From positions 1 to 54,697 of the forward strand of contig JADIIX010000145.1 of NCBI GenBank assembly GCA_027604505.1: DNA of 54,697 nt. The letters are read 5' to 3'. Below, one piece after another: positions 13,201 through 25,800 of the stretch. The position numbers and the translations under genes are program-made. A model generated the notes under the pieces. That model ran no database searches and was not told the origin of the DNA. It saw only the letters and a program-made list of their open reading frames with translations. Each line of letters begins with the position of its first letter. Within the stretch, counting starts at the first letter, position 1. Source of the stretch: Gonapodya sp. JEL0774 (lineage: Eukaryota).

Positions 13201-16200
13201 ACCTAGCCAAGCGTGTAACTGATGATATATGTTCTCACGGGCATGCTCAAGAGGTGGATCCAAAAACATGTTCTGGTTCTTCATCCGCACCTCGAGAATC
13301 TGAGTGCTTATTCTCGGTCTATCGGTTGCAGGAATTCGTAAACTATCGGACGATGTTCGTGGAGTTCGCCGTCGAATGTGTGAGGGTGCATTCGTCACTT
13401 CGCGATACATGTCACTATCAGTTTGGGATGCGAATTCGGTTGTCCAATTCTTAAAAGAAGAACATAAAAACCTTGAGTGCTACATGAATCATGTTGACGT
13501 TTCTGATTCACCTTGAGTGCCAACTCGAGCCGGGAGCTCAAGATGTCTTCAACTTTCATGTCCAACGATTTCACCCAGGATTCCAGATTGGAATAAGCCT
13601 CAAAGTTGAGTTTATCGATCTGTTCCGGAAGGATGCGTCGAGAAAAATTGATGGATTTGAATAATCAGCAATCAAATCTTTCATTTGCACTTACCAATTT
13701 CTGAATACCATTGATGATCTCACCCATCACCTCCCGAGAGAACTCGCACCTCACCAGCTCGTCCACCGCCTGGCCGATAAGCTCATCAATCTCCATGGCT
13801 AAATTGGCTTTGTCCTGCAGCATTGTTACGAGCGCCGCCAATTCTCTCACTGCTTGAACATGACGGCCACCTTGATCTCTCTCCAGGCTCGAATTCACAA
13901 ATATATCCCATCGATATGGCATCATCCTAGCAAGCGCTGACTGTACGTCTCGTTTATGAGTGGCTACAAGAGGTTCTACCGAGCCGCTGTTGTGACGGAC
14001 CACGTCTTCACAAACCTTTGTGTACGTACGTACCGTCTCACGAATAGCCACCGAAAACGGGTAAACACGGCGAACCTCCTTTCCGAGGTTGGTTACCGAG
14101 TAGGGAATGGTATATCCCAGCCATAGCAAATTACGAATTTCTTTGAACAGTTGAATGAGCTGATTGTCAAAATTGACGGTCAAGTGCAGTACCGGCGAAC
14201 CAACGCTGGCAGACCCGACTCCAAACACATCCTTCGTTGGCGAGGCAGGTCTGCCAACTGTTCCAGGTAGCTGCGACCTCGTCTTTACGATGGCGAATAC
14301 CGGGTTGTTCTGCTTGCTTCCCCTATCTTGTATTGCCTTGAGCCAAGCCTCGAAAAGAGGTTTCGTCTCAAGCCTTGACTTGAACGCTCTCCACTCTGCA
14401 GCCAGTTTCTGTCCTTCCGCATACTCTTGCCACCTATTTCCAAGCACGCTCTCAACCCTGCTCATATACGCTGCGAGCTGCAGTTCAATCTGCCGAATCC
14501 ATACGATCGTTCCGCTTACGTCAGGAATATCCCTCAGTCTACTTACGAGAGCCGCTTCCGAGTTCTCGTATCGTCGCTTGAATTTGTCATGCAGGTTTCG
14601 AATGTCCTCCTTCACGTTATCAATCAGCTGGGACTGATACTCTTGTATGGCGCCCCGAATTTTGGGGCGTACGAAAAGTGCATTGAACTTGCCCAATACC
14701 CTGAACATTTCCGTAGCATTACGACATGAGCCCAGTCTGTCGCGCAGCTGGGAAATAATTTGGTTTTCAACTTGTCCAATACGTTCGTTGTATGCATTTT
14801 CAGCGGCGACCCATATTTCGGTGCCATCTTCGAGAAAAGGAGCAGACAGTGAATCCATGCACTCGGGGAAAGTCTCAACTCAAAACGCAACACATCTTTC
14901 CGAACTTACCCGGGGATACGTCCAACACATCCACTCTTTTAACAATCTCGTATGCTTGCGCTACATCTTCTAACGCGGTTGACCCAGATATGCTCCCTCC
15001 CACTAGTGACTCGCCACCAACAGTGCCTGCCAAAGAACTGACCTTTTTATCCTCTTCCCCACCCATGACCCTTTGAATCGTCTCTAGCAGCTGCTCGTGT
15101 CCCCGTCGAAACTGCCTGACGTACTTTACCCTCTCATGCAACTTTGCGTGGGCCGGGACAATCTTCATTGGCATAGGTTTCTCTCCACGTTTGCGTATAA
15201 GGTCCCGGGCTGTTGGCAAGAAGTCTTTCACCTCATCCTCCCATGTGACGAACACCCCTTCACATCCCGCTGTGGCTCTGTCAAACTCTGAGTATGGAAT
15301 GTACATCAGCCTTCTTGGTGTCAACACTCTGAGCATCTGGTCGGCCAAGTCACGCGATATTGCTTCCACGAGCGCCAAAGCTCGGCGAATGGGGTAGGGT
15401 GATGCACGAAGTTTGCGACCAAGGTGCTGGAATATAAGTTTGACAGCCTCACGTATCCGGTCAACATCAGGTGCAGATAGCAACTCCCCAAGTGGGAAGT
15501 CCTTCATGAGCTGGTTGTACTTTTGCACACGCTCGCCTGCATCCTTGAGTCCAGTGTCGGCTAAAAAGGAGACCGTTGCGTGAAAGCGTTTAGCGTGTCG
15601 CAGAACCTCCAGTGTTAAGACCGCCTCATCTGACTTGAGCCGATCTTCAATAGCAGTGATCGCTCTTTCCATCCCCAACCAAAAATTGATCTCCTGTGAC
15701 GCTGTACCTGATGCTGGATCACGGTCCAACTTGGTCACTTTTTGGATTTCCTTAACCCATAGATTCACGTCTGCCTGCACTCGATTGAGAAACCCAGAAT
15801 CGTTGGTCAAGTCCGAGCCGAGCGCATCCACGACGGGACGTTTGGAAGCCTCCCTACATGCGGTAACAGCGCGGCTGACGGCAGGATGGATGGTGAGGGA
15901 GACATCCGGGATATCAACGTTTTGTTGGAGGTTTAGGAGAGAGAGCTCAAGCTCGGCAATCTTTTTCTTGGCTGCAGGGATTCCTAAAGTTGAGAAATAT
16001 GCGTTTGCGGTTAAAGCTTTGTCGCCGTCTTGTAGTCTTGTAAGGAGAACGAAGAGGATGCTTTTCAACTCAGCAACTCCTGGTCGCGAATTTGACCAGA
16101 GTCCTTCCCATCCCAAAACTTCTATGAGAGCATCACTGTAGAATATCTTTTCACGCTTCAACTACCACTGACAAACACCTCATAGAATCGCCGAATCGTT

Positions 16201-17074
16201 GGACCTACCAGATTTTCCATCCTTATCCACTCCCTTTCCTCCGACGTAAGCCTCAAACAAGGGACCTACAGCATTGTGGACGTACGCCCACAGTGTTTCG
16301 TATGCTGAGCCTCCTTCGGGGACGTTAAGGACTTGAAGCTGAGAAGACAGGGGAAGCGAGGGTAGCAATGATGCAAGTGGTTGACGTTTGATGAGGAGGA
16401 TGGAGCCGGTGTGGTTTGGGGGGAGGGTCACATCCAAATGGAGGTGGTACGTGACGGCGGGCATAAGTGAAGTGGTGGGTGTGACAGAAGGTTCGTTTTC
16501 TGGGAAATGAGTAAGCAAGTCAACACGGGCAGCAGTGACTCGTTTATGATCACGGGACTATCAAGACCATTCCCGCACAGCGCCGTACCCGTTTGAGTCA
16601 TCGAATAAAACATTCTTCCTTAGAAGTCGCAGCGTCAAGATCAGTTCCAGATGAGAGCTGGCTGTCAAAATATGGTGCAGGGATTACACGAATGCCCGCT
16701 CCTCGACATTAAACAAATTGATCCGAGCCACGATCACGTTTCCTGCTTTGCCAGACAATTACAGTTTCCTTGCTCGCCTCGCCGTTTCGAATCAAGTCTA
16801 CCACCATGATGACCTAACTGAACCACTCGCCTTTCTCCCCTTCCCCCCTCTCCCTGACAACTTGTGCCACTGCTGAGCCTCCCTCCCCTGCAAATCTTCT
16901 GCATCTATCGATTGTGACGGGATCGGCAGCGAGAGATGCGCGGACGAGAGCTGGATCCGCATCAAGCAGAAGGCTCGCAAGCGATTCGATATGCGCGAGG
17001 AGATGGGCTGGATCGAGAACCTGGCCGGATGAAGCGGAAATCAATGGAGGGGGATCTGGATCCAAGTCACCCAT
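1218..17074 (-). CDS. DYN1: Cytoplasmic dynein 1 heavy chain (about 20 exons)
   Basis: Four P-loops ([32 protein letters not shown]), [41 protein letters not shown], stalk/MTBD coiled coil, C-terminal VPVYLN..RTDLLF..QRGIA. Exons join in frame at GT-AG sites, with a GC-AG first intron. Confidence 0.98.
16500..16830 (-). other. GC-AG first intron of dynein heavy chain
   Basis: GAG AAA G|GCGAGT ... TTCCCAG|AA AAC GAA. The GC donor gives the phase-1 join into the ENEPSVTP exon; the nearby GT donor does not. Confidence 0.7.
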
Positions 17075-17674
17075 TGTCGTTTTCAGAGCGATGCGTGTAT
17101 GTGGTTTGATTGAAGAGTGACGCAGTACTGACAGCGATCAAGAGCCTAACATACACGCCGAACAACCAGACCAAATGAGTTCTTGTTGCTACTATATCCT
17201 TGTTTTTTCTGTAGACTGAGAAACAGACCGTTATTACAACCGTTACCGTTATTACTAGGGCGAAATTTTGACGGAAAATTCCATGCATTACATATCATTA
17301 ATATGTCGTATGTCTTATATCATGCATATCATCTCCGATCACTCACGACACTAGATTTATGATGGATCGTCAATATTTGCGGAGGAATACGTCGCGATGC
17401 CGGGAAATTAGAGAAAACCGCGAGTTGTGCCAATATGGGGCGTGACAGGGCGGCACTCCTCCGATCTGAGCAAGACGAACATTACTGCGTTCAAAATTTT
17501 AGCGCGATCGTAACTCCGTTTGAATTTTTGCTCTGCGGCGTCTGGGTGTGGAGCAATCGCGTGTGGAAGTTACGGGCTCGTAACTTGTGTGCACGATTTT
17601 TTTGGGGCCAGTGTCATGTATTTTGAATTTGGCTGTAATGACGGACCGCTAAGTCCGTTATTAAGTTATTAATT

Positions 17675-17992
17675 ATGGGTGCTCAGCTGGCACGTGCACT
17701 TGACCCAGAACTCTCCTGGTGCGGCAGAGCTGTACGAGTGCTAGGAAGATACATTTTTGATATTGGGTTCGTATCTTGCACTGTACACGTCAAGGCTGGT
17801 TCGGCAGTGCGGTGACGAGTGTCGAAAGTGGCCCATCCGAGGGCCTGGCGAGTGGCGCTTGCGTTGTGCGAACAAGCCTATACATGTAAAACGCACCCGG
17901 CCTGTCGGCTTCGCTTGCACCAGGCTAGACGGGTGTCCTGACACAACAGTGAGAGGTCGGGTCCCACCCGTGCCTAGTTATTGAACACTCAT
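17675..17992 (+). ncRNA. Putative structured non-coding RNA of unknown class
   Basis: The 5' and 3' ends pair (ATGGGTGCTCA/TGAACACTCAT, GGCACG/CGTGCC, CTTGACC/GGTCGGG) and enclose three hairpin arms (17731-17787, 17793-17879, 17894-17935). Most non-Watson-Crick pairs are G-U on the + strand. Confidence 0.5.
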
Positions 17993-18030
17993 TATGTTAC
18001 AAAGTGAAACACGCTTCCTCATAAGTCTAA

Positions 18031-21000
18031 TCATCTCTTTTTCTTCAATCGTTCAAGTTTCTTCTTCTCCCCTTGTTCCTCTCCAAGTTGACTGGTAAGT
18101 CGCAATTCAAGTTAGTTCATCATTGAGTGGGGAACAAGTCACTTCTTCCTTACCCCATAATGGACTTCATCTTCTGCTGGTATTTGCGATCTTTATCCTG
18201 TGTCTCTCGGAATTTATTTTCGGCAAGGAAGGCATTATCCTTCTTCAGCTCCCGCACTGCACTTTTGACTTCCTTTTTGTGGAGAGCCTTCAGTTTGCTG
18301 TCCCCAGGCCGCTTAGATCTGGAATCGACTGAATAGCTGTAAATATAATCCGAATGTTTGGAACTTTGTGAGTAGTGCACTAGGATAGCGTGCTTACTTC
18401 ACTTCAAACTTTGGTGCATGACTTTGAATAGGGAGTGGCTTGAACTGCTGCAACTGAAGTGGAAGTCGGTCATGGCAACTTGTTTTGGCTTGTTCTCCGA
18501 GAGAAAAGTACATCGCAGCAAAACTTGCGTCCTGCCAATGGTATGAGGGTACAGATTAACAGTTAAACTAGTGGGCCGTGATTCACCTTCTCTGATAGTG
18601 AGTGTAACGGTTCTAATAAAGAATTAAGTAGTTCCCAAAATGCAGGGCTCGATGATTGTGACTGGGATGTCTCTTGCATGGACGCACTCAAAGTGGGAGC
18701 GAGTAGTGCCCGTCTGGTAACACACATAACCATCAATGCGACAATTCACGTAACCTCTACACGGGGTTCCGAACCGTTCATGATTACCTTTCAGAACGTT
18801 CTCGGCTAATTTTCGTCAAGCTATTCCGCAAGACTGCAAACATTTCTGGAGCCAACGCATTTGCTGTAGACAATACCTGTGAATAGGGCTGTCAGTAATG
18901 CAGTCAATTGCAGATTTAGGAATACGAACTGTCTTTATAAGTTGCATTGCCCAAAGACTTTGGAAGAAAGCTTCATCGTCATCGGAATAAGAATGGGCCA
19001 AAGTCGATGCGAGGAAGAGAATTGCCGGAACCAGGAGATCACCATGAAGCTCAAGGCTAGGATAGATGGCAAAAAGGATCCGAAAATGAATTATTTGTGA
19101 AGAGTGCAAATGACTCTGAGATGGTGCAACTGGGTATGTTGGTCATCTTGAGCTGCTCCCGATTCCCCAGAAATGCTGACTATTTGATCACTTACATGCA
19201 AGTTGCTTATGACAGCTCTTGACAAATGCATGAAAGTACTGATGAGCGATGGAAGGAAACAGTCTGCATAGAGCAACAACATGTGGAGCAACCGCATCCA
19301 CCAAGTTCCACTGTCCAGATGAGTCAACCTGCTCTCCGAGATACTGCATGAGGTGCACCAGAAACAACTATAAGAAGGGCATATGAATTCCAGACAGATA
19401 CGCTCTAAGATGGAAACCCAAATCAACTTGCCCTTTGATGATTTCTGGATTGCCCATCATGAAAGTTTGAGAGCTGCATCTTCTCCAGAATACTCGCCAC
19501 CTCTTCAGATGAGCATTTCGAGAGAAGCAATTTCAGATCGTCAAGATTGTGAGGAATATTTGATCGCGCATCTGACATATAACATTTAGAACAATGTATG
19601 CCGATGAAAAGGTTTTACACTCACTGTCCGACGTCCTTTCCAAAACCACTTCGGGGACTTCACAATCTTCCACGTTCTTCAACGAGGTATCTTGTTCGCG
19701 ATCTAATCCTTCTGTGAAGTCGACCTCCTGCTCTTCCTCTGTACCTTCTTCGATGCTTACTTGTGAACCTCCCTCATTCGAATCGGATGATCCTTCAGTT
19801 TCTGCATCCCCAAACTCTCCATCACTATCTCCCATGCTAGTACGCCTGCCTTTCACAAAAAAATCCTCGGGGTTCAACAAAATACCATTGCTGTATATTA
19901 AAGCCTTTGGGGCATCGTCCGACCCTTCAAAAGTGTCATTTCCAAGATCATCCCCCTGGCCAGGCAAGGCAGTGCTCTTCGCTGCAGACAATTGTTGAGC
20001 CTTCATCATTGTGAGAGAGACAATAATCAGAAGAGTTGGACGGGGAGGAAGCAAAAGATATAACGAACTCTGTGTTTTGCAATCTGACGCTCAAGCTCTC
20101 TCTCCTTCTCCTCTGCTGTCTTTGTACGATCAGTTGGTTGACTTCGCTGATCAGCAGCAAGTTGATGAACTAACACATCGTAGTTTGTCCACCCGGTAGT
20201 AGAGTTCTTTCCTGTCATTGTCGGCCTATCAATCTTTCTAGCGGCTGTTTCACGCCTTTCGGCCTGCCAAGTTTGCAAAAGCTGTTGAATATCAACCAGT
20301 TCCAAATCTAACTGCTGCCGTGCAGTGTCGTCGTCCTCCTTTTCCAACTGCCGCTGATGCTTGTGGAGCTTGCTCTTTGCGATTACTTGCCGCATAACCT
20401 CAGCTTTCGATCGAGGAGCATGCTATGAAAAGAAAATGGAATGATCAAGTAGATTCTCAAATTTGCCTGACGACGGATTGTTCTCACCGATAATTCATCA
20501 AAACCGCCGAAGTGAGATTCGCGAACAGTATCCTCATCAATTTGGCCACCTGCAGTTCGAATATTGGTAAGAAAGTCACACAAAGATGGTAAGAGCGCTT
20601 TGGTGCGAACGTACGATCACTTTCGTCGTCGTCTTCAGAGTGAGGTAGAGCAAAGTTCATTTCCGAGAGGGATTGTCCAAAGTGTGTTAAGTCCTCTTCC
20701 TCCAAATTGTACATGTCATCTCGGGACTGTACCAAAGCGAAGAGTGAGAATTGATGGGTCGAAAGCTCCAGGTGCAGCAACATGAATTGCTCTTACCTGT
20801 CGCTGCTTCATGAAGCGTTCCAACATTTTCTCCTCAACTGAGAGGTTTTGGTTGCTCTCGCCGAACCTCTTATCCACAAACTGGGAATCTCGACTTTTGC
20901 TCTGATACTCCTTGAGCAATTTATCCTGGCGCTGATCTCAAAACGCTCTGTCTGTACCGGATTCACAAAATGTCATCTGCAATTGTCAGCTTACAATGTC

Positions 21001-21198
21001 ATAAGCTTTCTTCCTAGCGGTAAACGGCTTTCCATCCGTTCCGCGAACTTTCCTCCCCACAATGGCATGCTTCGGCTTTGAGTACTTCCGCTCAAACGGG
21101 CTACTTTCCTCCGGAGCATTCACACGAGCTCGCTTGCGTTGTGATTTGATCTCCTCCGTCGTGGCGTTTCTGAGTCGCTTGAGAGCGGACTTGGTCAT
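18031..21198 (-). CDS. NOP14: Nucleolar protein 14 (small-subunit processome)
   Basis: SPFERKYSKPKHAIVGRK, FVDKRFGE..EEKMLERF, LTHFGQSLS, RSKAEVMRQVIAKSKLHKHQRQ, PLPIQSHAPKFE, KKEVKSAVRELKKDNAFLA, GEEQGE at the C-terminus. Multi-exon model joins in frame. Confidence 0.92.
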
Positions 21199-21300
21199 TG
21201 CCAAATAGATAAATAGATTACTCAAAGAATTACTTCTTTCACTTCACAGCCATGCTTTGGTCAGATTGCTGGGAATGGACGGAGAATATAATCACAACCC

Positions 21301-22808
21301 ATGGAATCAATGGAACCATCACTACGAAATATTCTGGACCAAAAGACTCTAAAGTGGATCTTTGTAGGCGGGAAAGGCGGTGTTGGAAAGACGACTTCCA
21401 GGTTCATGATGGCGATTCTGATTACCAGAGTTGAACAAGAACTCACATTGACCGTTGTTTCATGTGACAGTTGCAGTCTCGCGGTACAACTTGCGGGAGT
21501 CCGCAAGAGTGTGCTCCTTATCTCCACTGATCCTGCTCACAATCTCTCTGATGCATTTGGTAAATATTCTCCCTGGCGTTACCTATGCGACCTCTCCTCG
21601 AACTGACCGTACTGTGTTGGATAACCTGATCCAGGTCAAAAATTTACCAAAACTCCCACTCTCGTGAACGGATTCTCAAACCTTAGTGCGATGGTTGGTA
21701 TGGTTAGCGGAGAGGATGTTGCCAATTGACGACTGCTCCCGTTTTCTCGGCCCCACCATCAGGAAATTGATCCAACTGGTAGCATACAAGAAATGATCGA
21801 GCAACGTATGTGTTTACCAGTATGACGTTCTGTTTCAGCTTCGCTGAACGTTCTACCAGAGGACTCGGGTGCGATGAACGGCTTCATGCAAGACTTGGCA
21901 TTCAGCATTCCTGGTGTTGACGAGGCTATGAGCTTTGCGGAAGTGATGAAGTCAGTGAAAACATTCTCTTTGCTGTATTATGTGGACAAACTGGGTTATC
22001 TGACCTGGGGAGTGATTCCAAAGATTGGTCAAGTCGATGGAGTATGAGGTCATCGTCTTTGACACGGCGCCAACAGGTCACACTCTCCGTTTTCTTTCGT
22101 TTCCTACTGTTTTGGAGAAGGCCCTCGCGAAGTTAATGGAGTTCAGCGGACGTTTCGCCCCTATGATGCAACAAGTACGTGTAGACTCTGTCATTTGCAA
22201 TACTGTTTTCCATTACACATATAAATACTACCCGGCTCTTCATAGATGGGAGGAATGCTCGGAATGTCTGGTACGAACTTTGATGATATGGTGGGAAAAC
22301 TCAGCGGAATGCAGGAAGTGATACAGGAAGTGAACACGCAATTCAAAGACGCCGTGGGTACCACATGGCCCCCTTTTGTACAGACGTCTCTCATACAAAA
22401 ATGTCCTAAGGACAAAACAACATTTGTTTGTGTTTGCATTGCAGAGTTTCTATCGTTATACGAAACTGAGCGGATGATTCAGGAGTTGACTTCATTCCAT
22501 ATCGACACACATAACATTATCGTGAACCAGCTACTGTACCCCAAAAGAGGTTCGTGCGTTTGAGATTTCCTTGTTCCCTAATGGACAGTTCGTACCCACA
22601 GCCTGACCCCGCCACTCGAGTAGGGACTGAGTGTGAAATGTGCTCTGTGCGACATAAGATGCAGAAGAAGTACCTTGATCAGATGAATGACCTTTATGAG
22701 GATTTCCATGTTGTGAAGCTCCCGCTACTCACACAAGAAGTGCGAGGAGTAGAGGCGATCAAAGCTTTTAGCAAGAACTTGATCGAGCCTTATGTCCCTG
22801 AGATGTAA
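21301..22808 (+). CDS. GET3: ATPase Get3/Asna1 (ArsA family; tail-anchored protein targeting)
   Basis: [78 protein letters not shown], CxxC (CEMC). Eight GT-AG introns. Confidence 0.97.
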
Positions 22809-25800
22809 TTGATAGAACAGACGAAGTGACGCGGATTTGAATTAACATCGCAAAAGTCGGCATTGAATAGTTGGTCAAATTTACCTTGAAGAACTGGTTC
22901 AAACTTTGTGTCAGATCCAATTGTGAGGTGTCTGGTTAATGTTATCACGTACCTGCGCTACAGTTGATACCACGTTCCCAAAAAATTTATTGTGATTGGT
23001 TATTCCAGCAATCCAATTTGGGAGTTTGCCAATTATTCGGTCCTGATTGTAACGTTTGTCTAGGAGTAAGATCGTCGCGAAATCGTTTTTGTGCCTCAAT
23101 GACCGCCCTATGCTTTGATTAACAGCTTTCATTGCCAAATTCTCGTAGTATTCGCGACCTAGCAAAGAATTCTTTTTCCATTTTCAGAGTTGGTAGTGAG
23201 TATGTAGATATGTGAGAAAAATGCTCACACCATTGTGGTTGAGGAACGAGGCTTTTGACTTCAACTCTGGGCTGAAAATGTTGGGATATGGGACTCCACA
23301 CATAATCACAGCTGCAAAAGGACAAAAATAACATAGAGATCCAGTTGCTTCTGCATCGAAGCTCACCTCGGCCCAAGTGATCACTGAAATTGATGCCCTA
23401 ATTGTTTTGTGTACGTCAATGCATTGTTGAGTCCGTCAAATTCATATCAGGAACCCACCTCCGAAAGCTTGCCTCCAACAACTGCAAACAAGATCGCACC
23501 CCGTCGCTCATCCATGGTAATAGCTTGCTCGTACTCAGCCAGAACAGCATCGACTGCAGATGGATCTCTGGGCTCAACGAAGACAGCCTTGCGCTTGCGA
23601 AGACGGGCGAGGAAGCCGCGAGACTCAAAAATTTGCATGACTGTGTGGAGATAACTAAATGATGACAAGAACACAACGAGCCCTTCCAATCAAGTGAATC
23701 TCATTAGAACCAAAGCGAAACACAAACATCGAGGTTTCGAACCTTCCGGAATGACATGCGCAACACTATTCAAAATTAAGGCCAGTTCACTAATGAGTTC
23801 CGGATTTCCTCGAGTCTCATAAGCAAAGTTGAGTTCCTTGCCAGTCGGACCATGAGAAACCGCATGCACCAGCACATTTGAATTCGGCACAACATGACCA
23901 CCTTTGTCGCCGAACGTGCATGGACAATCAATCGTGTGAAGACTGGCGATTTGAAAACAAAGCACTCACACTGAAACCTCATGATTTCATGTGGTTGGAG
24001 GTGGGGAAACAGTTCAACCATCATCTGTTGGATTGGCTCCATCTTAAGGAGCAGAAGCGTTAGTTCGCCCAAACGATTAACATGACAGTCCTAAATACCC
24101 CACCGTGCCGCCAGTCAAGACAACGGTCCGTGCTTTTCGAACCAAAGTTTCGAATGGCTCTGCGGGTGTCAATAGAAAGTACTTGTAGCTACTTTCATCC
24201 GGCTTCAATGGATTGCATTTTACGAATATGCGACCGTTTTCGCTCGGGAGCATGAGACGCAGCAGAAATTGCTCGGCAATAGTGAGAGGGGATACGTGAG
24301 ATGACACGTAGTCTAATGAAGTCCCGAATCGAATGGAGTGAGCCTGATTGCTTGGTGAATGAAATGGCACTTACGTTCGTCCAACCCAACCCCTTGTTGT
24401 TCCGTTTGCGTGTCCGTGCTCTTCCCGACAAATCCAAGCAACTTCTGTGACAAGCGACTTTCTTTGATGAATCGCTGCAACTTGAACAAATTGAATTGGT
24501 CGAAATCAAGTTTTCTCGTGAATTCGGGTACCAGAAGTTCGTCGAGGGAAGGAAGATCGGAAGGGGGTCCAGTCGAACCGCCGAAGTCCGCTCCTACCCC
24601 TGCGGCTAACTCTGAGTTTCGGCCTGCTCCTGCAACTCCTCCTCCACTTGGCCTGCGAGCTATTGTCGACTCCATATGCCCAACTAAAATCTTGAGCAAG
24701 GACATTATCTGCGAGATGTAGACGACATTAGATCCCTTGAGTCGGTTTTTGTAACGATCATAGTACGCGACTAGGTGTTGATGGGCTGATCGGAGCTAGT
24801 TCAATGAAGAAGTAAGAGTTAATGGGAGCTGTTGCGATCAACGGTGCTTGAACGAATAGGCAGCAACGGGTGTGTCGGGGGGTATTTCCGGCTCTGAACT
24901 GTACACACCTGTTTCAGGTTCACTCCGACCGATTCTACTTGCGTGATAGCATCCACCAACTACAATGGGAAATAAATTGCACTAAAGTCAATTTATTCTG
25001 GGGCGCCCCCACTCCATCAATGTGTAATCACGTTGTGACACTCGTCGAAGATAACGATTTGATCGTCGACGGATATACCGGTGGCATCCCTTGCCTGTGT
25101 ATCGAGCATCAGGTTGTACGGGAGCGTAACGACATGGGCATCAGGGAGAGCCTGAAATCAGAACAATTTGGGAGGCAACAAGTCAAATAAATCAGTCGTG
25201 GCAGAATGGCAGTCATGCAGGATGGGTGGGGGTTAGTCGAACATCGCACCTTTCGGACACCATAATAGGGACAGCATCCCAACGAGTTCCCCAATTCCAC
25301 AATCTCCTCGATATCTCGGATCTGCGCAGTGAGGTGGTCAGGGAAGCTTGGGAGAATTTTTGGTAGCTACGAAGAGAATCAAGATGGTAGCCTCATGTTG
25401 GCTGGAGAGGTGGCGGAGAGGTGAGATGTACTTACATAGTACGGACAGGATTGCGTATCACCTATTCAATTAGAGAGCGGACGAAGTCGAGATAGAGAAT
25501 AAGAGAACCTAACAGAATTGATTCAAATAAGAAAAAGACACGCCCACCTTTCTGCAAGTCCAAACATTTGTCATTCAGCCTTGGCAACGTCAGTTTCTTC
25601 AGTGCGGTATGGATACACAGGTTTTTCCGGGAACCGAGGCTGGTGATCGTCGCACCCGCGGGAAATGCTTCGTCGAGGTTGAGGCGTTTGAGCTCGCGGA
25701 CAACTTGATTCAGCTGGGAGTGGGTGCGGGAGCAAAAGTAGATCTACCGAGGTAATATTTATCGGGTGAACCTTTAGTTTGAAGATGAGAGAGCGGTGCG

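Noticed and set aside
4635..16141. Many + strand ORFs of 60-170 aa within the dynein gene
   Set aside because: Antisense shadows of long coding exons, with no independent coding signal.
17631..17642. GGCTGTAATGAC resembles the 5' end of yeast SRP RNA (GGCTGTAATGGC)
   Set aside because: No SRP helix-8 motif (CAGG..GNRA..AGCAG) downstream, and the segment is part of a different hairpin.
17812..17850. GTGACGAGTGTCGAAAG resembles a minimal hammerhead core
   Set aside because: The first core C of CUGANGA is G, and no helix III followed by a UH cleavage site can be formed.
17741..17984. Short ORFs on both strands over the structured element
   Set aside because: Non-ATG starts, no recognisable motifs; the base-pairing explains the sequence better.
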